NCBI GenBank assembly: GCA_001816585.1
Contig: MHCJ01000006.1
Location: 40 to 64,039 of the forward strand
Source: Candidatus Chisholmbacteria bacterium RIFCSPHIGHO2_01_FULL_52_32
Lineage (GTDB): Bacteria; Patescibacteriota; Microgenomatia; UBA1400; Chisholmbacteraceae
Direction: 5' to 3'
DNA: 64,000 nucleotides
Each line of letters begins with the position of its first letter. Within the stretch, counting starts at the first letter, position 1. This document shows positions 57,408-64,000 of this stretch, one piece after another. Position numbers and translations under genes: made by a program. The notes beneath the pieces are model-generated. The model was not told where the DNA came from and made no database searches. It worked only from the letters and a program-made list of their open reading frames with translations.

Positions 57408-58196
57408 CTATGAGAATAGTCCGACCGCCACGGACCAAAACGTATGCGAAAGAATGGGAGCGACCAGGTTTCGAGTCCGAAGCATCAGAATGGCATTACC
57501 CATACCGACAAAAAAGAAGAGGATGAGCTGAATGACGATGAAGGATGCACTGGCATGAGACTCAAACCAAAGAATGGGAAAGTGAAGCAGGGTATAAAGA
57601 AATGCCGTGAGACCCACGCTCTCCCATTCATTTCCAAAAGAATGGTAGAACCGAGAAAGAAAAAATCCCGAAAAAACCATCTGCTCCCAAACCGCCGTCA
57701 TCAAAGATACGCCCAAAAGACTCAACCAAGAAACAGACGTAAAAGGGAGGATGCCGAGGCGCTCTCCTGAAGGAACATATCCTGCGAGCCGTACGGCAAG
57801 GAGGTAAACGACCCCAAGCGTCAAACCAAAATAGATGGACAAGGACAACCTCTCCCGCCGAAATCCAAAAGCTTCAAAGAGAGCCCTACCCCGCTTACCT
57901 TCCCCGACCAGGACGGACAAAACAGGGGGTAAAAAAACCAAAGGCTTAAATATCAACTCCTCAATGATCGTCGGAAATCGAAACAGCAGGCGGTATAAAC
58001 CCCACAGAACAAAAATAACCGCATAGACGGAAATAGTTCTCCGTAGAACCTCTATGCGGGATTCCGGACGGACCAAACCAACTCGTTCTGAAACCGAAAG
58101 GATCAATCTGCGAAACAGAGTGTGAGAGCGCATGGGACGGAAAAAATATTGGAAAATAGGACAACCTCCCGTTACGAATTCATTGTACAATAACAA
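57408..58196 (-). CDS. CPBP-family intramembrane glutamic endopeptidase (CAAX protease-like).
   Basis: Polytopic, with EExxFR-like and FxxxH motifs (...AVWEQMVFSGFF... and ...HFPIL...). Confidence 0.6.
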   Translation of the reverse strand: MLLYNEFVTGGCPIFQYFFRPMRSHTLFRRLILSVSERVGLVRPESRIEVLRRTISVYAVIFVLWGLYRLLFRFPTIIEELIFKPLVFLPPVLSVLVGEGKRGRALFEAFGFRRERLSLSIYFGLTLGVVYLLAVRLAGYVPSGERLGILPFTSVSWLSLLGVSLMTAVWEQMVFSGFFLSRFYHSFGNEWESVGLTAFLYTLLHFPILWFESHASASFIVIQLILFFFVGMGNAILMLRTRNLVAPILSHTFWSVAVGLFS

Positions 58197-58279
58197 AAGG
58201 AATAAACTAAAAATTGGAAAAGGAATGACACCTTACCCTCAAGGTGTATGATAGAAGCCCAAAGTCAAAAACCTGAGCG

Positions 58280-58951
58280 ATGAAAAGGTCAAAACTCCAA
58301 GAAATCAAAGAGTATAAATACAAAAACGTCACCATCTCCGGCATCCCCGGAGCCGGTTCCTCGACCTTAGGGAAAGCCCTGGCAAAAGCAATCGGATGGA
58401 AGTATTTCTCAGGAGGCGACTTTATGCGAGCCTACGCCATCAAAAAAGGATTCTTTAACAAACGGAACAAAGTCCACCATGACGCAACCATCTACGACGA
58501 GGATTTCGACCGAAAGGTTGATTTCGGAATGCGCGAGACCCTCAGTACCAAAAGCGGACAAGTCTTGGAATCCTGGCTTTCAAGCTTTATGGCACAAGGG
58601 ATTAAAGGGACGTTAAAAATCCTGGTCTATTGTTCGGTAGACTCGGTGAGGGTCGACCGCATCGTCAACCGCGACAATATCACCGTTGGTGAGGCAAAAA
58701 AACATATATTCGAGAGAGAGAAAAAGAACACCGAAAAATGGGGCAGGGTCTACAAACACCAATGGCAAGAGTGGGTGGTAGAAAAAGGGCGAGTCGACAA
58801 GACAAAACCAATTTGGTTCTGGTATCCGGAGCTGTATGATGTAGCGATCGACACCTATGGAAACAGCAAGGAAGAAACATTGAGGATCGCCCTCACAGCG
58901 CTCGGAGTAAAAAAACCGATCGATTACCAGAAACTCTTTGCCTCCGAATAA
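58280..58951 (+). CDS. Cytidylate-kinase-like P-loop NMP kinase.
   Basis: P-loop ISGIPGAGSSTLGKALA with a CMP/AAA_17-like fold. Confidence 0.55.
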   Translation: MKRSKLQEIKEYKYKNVTISGIPGAGSSTLGKALAKAIGWKYFSGGDFMRAYAIKKGFFNKRNKVHHDATIYDEDFDRKVDFGMRETLSTKSGQVLESWLSSFMAQGIKGTLKILVYCSVDSVRVDRIVNRDNITVGEAKKHIFEREKKNTEKWGRVYKHQWQEWVVEKGRVDKTKPIWFWYPELYDVAIDTYGNSKEETLRIALTALGVKKPIDYQKLFASE

Positions 58952-58957
58952 ACCTCC

Positions 58958-61429
58958 ATGCGGAAAGCTCAAACGGGTGAATACTCCCCCAAAACAAGGG
59001 ATAAACGAGGAAGATTTGTTCAATCAGAAACTCCCGGAACCGCAACCACGGTTTCGGGATCAGAACCGGAAACACCCCCCGAAAGCAGAAAGAAACCGGA
59101 GAAAACTCAAGCGTATTCATCCGCACCCCTAAACTTGAGCCACAAGGTTGCATGGGGAAAAGCCAAGCTCAGGGAATATTGGTATGTCCTTACCGCACTT
59201 ATACTCATCTGCCTGGCATCCTACCTGTTCATCTTTCGCGATCTGCCCTCCCCTCAAAGACTTCGTCAAGCCGATGCCTTTGCCGCCTCAACCAGAATCT
59301 TTGACCGGAACGGAAAATTGCTGTTTGAGATCTATACGGAACGCAACAGAACACCGGTAACCGTAAAGGAGCTCCCGGAGTATATCAGCTCCGCCCATAT
59401 CGCAATTGAGGATAAAAACTTCTACCACCACCATGGCTTTGCTTCCGAAGGATTGGTAAGAGCAACGGTAAATACCCTGTTTCGCAGAAAGCTCCAGGGC
59501 GGATCGACCATTACCCAACAGCTCGTCAAGACCGCGCTCCTCAGTCCCGAGCGGACCATTCAAAGAAAAATCCGCGAAGCGATCCTGACAATTCTCACCG
59601 AACTCATATACTCGAAAGACCAAATTCTCGAAATGTACTTAAACCATGTTCCGTACGGAGGGACGGCTTGGGGAGTTGAAGCCGCCGCCCAAACGTATTT
59701 CGGAAAACCGGCCAAGGACCTGACTTTAGGTGAAGCCGCCCTCCTCGCTGGCCTTCCCGCTGCTCCCACTCGCTATTCCCCGTTCGGGGCGAATCCCGAA
59801 CTGGCAAAAGAACGCCAAGAGTTGGTCCTCTCCCGCATGGTTGAAGATGGATATATTACGGAGAACGAGAGAGAAACCGCAAAACAAGAACCGGTCAAGC
59901 TCGTCCCTCCGAAGACCGATATCAGGGCCCCCCATTTTGTCCTTTGGGTGAAAGAGCTTCTGGTTGAAACGTACGGCGAGCAAGCGGTCGAAAAAGGCGG
60001 GCTTCACGTCACCACGACCCTCGACCTTGATCTTCAAGAATACGCCGAAGGCACGCTTGCCGCTGAAATAGCCGATCTTGAAAAACTTCGGGTCGGCAAC
60101 GGCGCCGCCCTCATTACGAATCCGAAAACCGGCGAAATTGTAGCCATGGTCGGTTCACGGGACTATTTCGACACCCAACACGACGGCAATGTAAACGTCA
60201 CCACCCGTCCCCGTCAACCCGGAAGCTCAATAAAACCGATAAACTACGCGACGGCCTTCGCGACCGGCCGGCTCACTCCCGCATCCCTGATCCTGGACAT
60301 CCCGACCTGTTTTGTCGTTTCTGGGCAACCACCCTACTGTCCCCGGAACTACGACAACACCTTCCACGGCCCCGTTCAAGTTCGCTTTGCCCTGGGGAAC
60401 TCGTACAACATCCCTGCGGTGAAGGCCCTGGCGGTGAACTCGGTTGAAAATATGATCGCGACGGCCAGTGCCATGGGCATCACCGGCTGGAAAGACCCGA
60501 GTTCCTACGGACTCTCCCTAACCTTGGGAGGGGGAGAGGTACGCATGGTTGATATGGCTGTAGCTTTTGGCGTTTTTGCAAACGAAGGTATCAAAGCCCC
60601 TCTCCATGCAATCCTCAAGGTTGAAGATCAACAGGGAAATATCTTGGAAGAATACAAACCAGAAGAGACTCTTGAGGAAGTCAACCGGCTCAATGAGGCT
60701 GACCAGAAAACAGAGACTGAAAACAGTGAAAAGCAATCGGTGCATCGGGTTCTCCCCCGAGAAATCGCCTACCTTATCTCCCATATCCTCTTAGATAACA
60801 ATGCGCGCGCCGGGGCTTTCGGAACGGATTCCCAACTGGTGATTCGAAACAAAGTCGTCTCCGTCAAAACTGGTACAACAAACGATCTTCGGGACAACTG
60901 GACGATCGGCTTTACTCCAGAAAGGCTTGTTTCCGTCTGGGTTGGGAACAACGATAATACCCCAATGAACCCCTATCTTGTCTCTGGAGTCACGGGCGCA
61001 GCCCCCATTTGGCACAAACTCATGGAGAAAGTGCTCGAGAACGAAAAAGCCCAGTGGCCGGAGAAACCCAAAGGAATCATCGGTTTGGATATCTGCACCA
61101 TCTCAGGGCTTCTTCCCAACCCGGAAAATCCTTGCCCGACCAGACACGAATTCTTTATGAAGGGCTTTGAACCTAAAGAGCTCGATCAATCCCGTCGTGG
61201 GATCCCGATCAAAAAGGACACGGGGCTCCCTCCGAAACAGGGGGATACCGAGAACATCGAGATTCAGGATCATTTCGTCGTTTCCGATCCGTTTCTCAAA
61301 GATTTCTGTTTGGACTGTCCTTGGCCGCAGGAGGTTGATGAAAATGGTCAGCCGACCGGAAAACCTGCCTATCCGCAAACAACGATCGACATAAAAACTG
61401 GAACAGGCACAATCTCCCAAAACCCCTAA
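58958..61429 (+). CDS. Bifunctional class A penicillin-binding protein (transglycosylase plus transpeptidase), PBP1A-like.
   Basis: GT51 motifs (EDKNFYHHHGF, GGSTITQQL) and transpeptidase SxxK (GSSIKP), SxN and KTGT. Confidence 0.85.
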   Translation: MRKAQTGEYSPKTRDKRGRFVQSETPGTATTVSGSEPETPPESRKKPEKTQAYSSAPLNLSHKVAWGKAKLREYWYVLTALILICLASYLFIFRDLPSPQRLRQADAFAASTRIFDRNGKLLFEIYTERNRTPVTVKELPEYISSAHIAIEDKNFYHHHGFASEGLVRATVNTLFRRKLQGGSTITQQLVKTALLSPERTIQRKIREAILTILTELIYSKDQILEMYLNHVPYGGTAWGVEAAAQTYFGKPAKDLTLGEAALLAGLPAAPTRYSPFGANPELAKERQELVLSRMVEDGYITENERETAKQEPVKLVPPKTDIRAPHFVLWVKELLVETYGEQAVEKGGLHVTTTLDLDLQEYAEGTLAAEIADLEKLRVGNGAALITNPKTGEIVAMVGSRDYFDTQHDGNVNVTTRPRQPGSSIKPINYATAFATGRLTPASLILDIPTCFVVSGQPPYCPRNYDNTFHGPVQVRFALGNSYNIPAVKALAVNSVENMIATASAMGITGWKDPSSYGLSLTLGGGEVRMVDMAVAFGVFANEGIKAPLHAILKVEDQQGNILEEYKPEETLEEVNRLNEADQKTETENSEKQSVHRVLPREIAYLISHILLDNNARAGAFGTDSQLVIRNKVVSVKTGTTNDLRDNWTIGFTPERLVSVWVGNNDNTPMNPYLVSGVTGAAPIWHKLMEKVLENEKAQWPEKPKGIIGLDICTISGLLPNPENPCPTRHEFFMKGFEPKELDQSRRGIPIKKDTGLPPKQGDTENIEIQDHFVVSDPFLKDFCLDCPWPQEVDENGQPTGKPAYPQTTIDIKTGTGTISQNP

Positions 61430-61453
61430 ATGGTGTAGTATGGATAAGGCGGT

Positions 61454-61771
61454 ATGGAGAAAAAAAACCTGCTCCAATTCCCATCAATGGCCATCTTCCT
61501 CGCTGAATCGGTGGCAATCCAAAACCCACGCTGCATCGACTTCACGAAAGAGCTCGAAAGTAGCCTCGGCCTCTTCCAACTCGGAGCCCTCGCGCGCTTT
61601 TTTCCCCAAATCGTTGCGGGAACAGCCGCCCTCTTCACATACCTCTTTTTTCTCAAGGCGTTTGCAAAACCCAAAACCCTCCTTGCCCTCGTAAGCCTTC
61701 CGATAACCTACGCTGCGCTCTCCACCCTCATTTCCTACCTTATCCGAGACGTCTTCAGTTACTGTTATTAG
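61454..61771 (+). CDS. Hypothetical small membrane protein, overlapping the PBP gene's 3' end. Possibly spurious.
   Basis: ORF-track entry with hydrophobic segments. Confidence 0.2.
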   Translation: MEKKNLLQFPSMAIFLAESVAIQNPRCIDFTKELESSLGLFQLGALARFFPQIVAGTAALFTYLFFLKAFAKPKTLLALVSLPITYAALSTLISYLIRDVFSYCY

Positions 61772-61802
61772 AAGGGGAAACAACCTTTGCTACAATAACC
61801 CT

Positions 61803-63503
61803 ATGCCAGCCAAAGCCGAAAAGAAAAAGAAAACGGAAAAGCACCGTGCTGCCCGAAAAGACTCCCCTCCCTCGATTCCGGTAGGCACCGCAGAGAAGAT
61901 TCAAGCCGAGACAATGCCGACCGAAAGTGCCACGAAGGAAAAAGGAAGCCCGGGTTTGCCGCCTGAAAACGAACCAGGAAGCACTCCCGAACCGCAAGAA
62001 CAGTTACCGCCGATCGATCTGTCAAGCACCCAAGCTGAACCTGAAACGGAAACGGGAGAAAACCCTCTGACTCAAGTCCAAAGCCTAGCCGAAGAAGCAA
62101 GTAAAGCCCCTCCTCCGATAGACGAAGAGCCAAAGCCTCCGGTAGCCCTGGATCTCCGAAAACCGCCGGCTTGGCACGCGGAATCGGAAACCCCAACGGA
62201 AACTCCGGAAGAGATTCCAAAAGAACAAGCGACGATCGGGGAAGAAGCACAAGAACAGGAAAAAGAACCGCAAGAACAGATAGCCAAGCAGCCGAAAAAA
62301 AAGCTAACCATTGGTTTCATCGCGCTCCTTGTGATCTTTCTTCTTCTGCTTATTGCTGTAATCGTTGCGATAAACCTCATGACGGCCAAACAGGAATTTA
62401 TCTCTCCGGTTCCCGAAGAAACCGGTGTCCTCTCCGTGCAAATCGAAGCCCGGGACACTCAAAAATCAAAGGAAGTGATTGGATTTCTGCCCTACTGGAA
62501 TATCAAAGAGGAAACAAACTTTCGCTACCAGCTTCTGACCCAAATTGCATTCTTCTCATTACAAATCGATGCGGACGGAAATATCAACAAACTCAAAGAA
62601 GATGGGACCGAAGAACCGGGATGGACTGCCTTTAAAGGGCCATCGTTTGGGACAATCTTCCGTAAAGCAAAAGAGTCGGGAGCAAAAGTTATTTTGACCA
62701 TTCAAGCCATGGATCAAGAAACCATCTCCGAAGTCGTCAACGATCCTCTGAAACGAAGCCGAGCGATCGCTCAAACGCTTGAAGCGATATTGACCAAAAA
62801 CCTCGACGGGGTAAACATTGACTTTGAATACGCCGGAGCGCCCAGCGTCAACACAGTCGATAACTTCACCGAGTTTGTTAAGGAATTTAATGGTGAGCTC
62901 CAGGCAAAGAAACCAAACGCCACACTGACCGTCGACGTCTTCGCCGACGCCGTAGCCAAAGTACGACTCTGGGACATACCGGAGTTTGTAGAGGATGTGG
63001 ACCATATCATCATTATGGCCTACGACTTCCATCGTGCCTCATCTTCGGTTGCCGCTCCCGTTGCGCCGATCCGAGGGGCACCAGAATATTGGGAATACGA
63101 CATCGGGAAAGCCCTTACGGAGTTCACAAAAATTGTCCCCATGGAAAAGATCATCCTCGGAGTCCCCTACTATGGGTACGAGTGGAGAACGACCACAGAT
63201 ACGCCATATGCCACAACCTATCCGAAATCCGGATCGCTCGCCACGTTTAAACGAATTCAAACGCTAATCGAAGAAAAAAATCCAAAACTCGATTGGGACG
63301 AAACCGCCCTCGCCCCACGGGTAACATACACCGAAAAAGGAGAAATCTACCAAATCTACTACGAGAATGAAACCTCGCTTGGACTAAAGTACGATTTAGT
63401 AAATCAAAGCGGAATCGCAGGAATTGGTATTTGGGCATTGGGATACGATGGGGAATATCCAAATCTTTGGAATCTCCTTGCAGAAAAATTACCCCGTAAC
63501 TGA
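61803..63503 (+). CDS. GH18-family chitinase-like glycoside hydrolase, with an N-terminal P/E-rich region and a TM anchor.
   Basis: Catalytic DGVNIDFEY (DxxDxDxE), a TM helix (LTIGFIALLVIFLLLLIAVIVAI), and a low-complexity E/P-rich N-terminus. Confidence 0.7.
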   Translation: MPAKAEKKKKTEKHRAARKDSPPSIPVGTAEKIQAETMPTESATKEKGSPGLPPENEPGSTPEPQEQLPPIDLSSTQAEPETETGENPLTQVQSLAEEASKAPPPIDEEPKPPVALDLRKPPAWHAESETPTETPEEIPKEQATIGEEAQEQEKEPQEQIAKQPKKKLTIGFIALLVIFLLLLIAVIVAINLMTAKQEFISPVPEETGVLSVQIEARDTQKSKEVIGFLPYWNIKEETNFRYQLLTQIAFFSLQIDADGNINKLKEDGTEEPGWTAFKGPSFGTIFRKAKESGAKVILTIQAMDQETISEVVNDPLKRSRAIAQTLEAILTKNLDGVNIDFEYAGAPSVNTVDNFTEFVKEFNGELQAKKPNATLTVDVFADAVAKVRLWDIPEFVEDVDHIIIMAYDFHRASSSVAAPVAPIRGAPEYWEYDIGKALTEFTKIVPMEKIILGVPYYGYEWRTTTDTPYATTYPKSGSLATFKRIQTLIEEKNPKLDWDETALAPRVTYTEKGEIYQIYYENETSLGLKYDLVNQSGIAGIGIWALGYDGEYPNLWNLLAEKLPRN

Positions 63504-63534
63504 CACGCATCTCCCAACGAAGAGACCCCCTCTA

Positions 63535-63675
63535 TATCAAAAGGAGAGCGCGGAACAAATTTCGCCGGTTGCTTAGGCCAGTCCGCCAGCTGGCGGACTG
63601 GTATGGAATACAACGAACGCCTGCAAATCGTGATTGCGCCGTTTGCGACCAAGAAATTTCCGTTGCAGGGGTCTC
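63535..63675. repeat. Intergenic element R2, the second copy of the palindrome-containing element.
   Basis: aaaggagagcgcggaacaaatttcgccggttgcttaggccagtccgccagctggcggactgg...gcgaccaagaaatttccgtt. Confidence 0.6.
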
Positions 63676-63742
63676 CGCAGTAAGCGGAACTCGAGCTATA
63701 AACTGCCAGAGTTGCCCATCTGAACTATAATATCCCCAAAAG

Positions 63743-64000
63743 ATGAAAGGAAACCCGTCAGAAACAAGGAAACGGTTGCCAATTGACGGACTGCTAATCA
63801 CCTTTGGTCAGCCATTTTTCCAAGGGATACTGATCGTGCTCTACGGCGCAATCATCGGAATTGCGCTGATCGCCAATGGGCTGGTTCAATTAATGAAACT
63901 GTCGAATGCGCTCACCGTACCAATACGAAAGACACTCTCATCGGTGAAGTCAAGAGTCGCGCGGATCTCAGAAGATCTTACGGCGAAAAGCTCCCTCCAA
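63743..64000 (+). CDS. Partial CDS running off the window end. Hypothetical membrane protein.
   Basis: MKGNPSETRKRLPIDGLLITFGQPFFQGILIVLYGAIIGIALIANG..., preceded by a tataat-like -10 at 63728. Confidence 0.3.
   Translation, partial: MKGNPSETRKRLPIDGLLITFGQPFFQGILIVLYGAIIGIALIANGLVQLMKLSNALTVPIRKTLSSVKSRVARISEDLTAKSSLQ

Noticed and set aside
58197-58279. Replication origin at the strand-orientation switch
   Set aside because: The gap is only 83 bp, with no DnaA-box-like 9-mers and no dnaA or dnaN nearby. It is more simply a divergent promoter region.

Overview
This 64 kb window is a gene-dense stretch of a bacterial chromosome, about 54% GC. Almost every gene from 1 to 58.2 kb runs on the minus strand, and the orientation flips to plus at about 58.25 kb. 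The gene content looks like an uncultivated, reduced-genome bacterium, but I cannot assign a taxon from sequence alone. Recognisable genes include gdhA, trxB and trxA, a DsbA-like protein and a CcdA/DsbD-like membrane protein, lgt, pth, recF, mutM, ftsH, trpS, maf, an ATP-dependent DNA ligase, a P-type ATPase, a Ca/Na antiporter, Fic, LigT, a PBP1A-type murein synthase, a GH18 chitinase-like protein, an M20 peptidase, three tandem class II (B12-dependent) ribonucleotide reductase paralogs behind nrdR, several glycosyltransferases, and three minus-strand tRNA genes.

The points most worth a second look:
- Short tandem repeats of a 7-nt unit sit inside many conserved housekeeping genes without breaking the frame (gdhA, lgt, pth, DNA ligase, the PHP protein, recF, two glycosyltransferases, a 5'-3' exonuclease, nnr and nrdJ). 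A separate interspersed element, about 70-90 bp with the core cctgagcgaa...gtcgaaggagtcgaagga, lies intergenically twice and in-frame inside nnr and nrdJ. The behaviour resembles Rickettsia palindromic elements.
- One tRNA gene is an initiator tRNA-fMet interrupted by a roughly 213-nt group I intron in its anticodon loop.
- A tRNA-Ile carries the rare anticodon UAU.
- A candidate T-box leader lies upstream of trpS.
- A repeat family of about 190 bp (4 copies) has complementary termini and a 3' hairpin whose stem varies between copies in a way that preserves pairing.
- A long ORF fuses two IS481-transposase-like HTH modules to a membrane-anchored GT2 glycosyltransferase.

No CRISPR array and no intact IS element were found.
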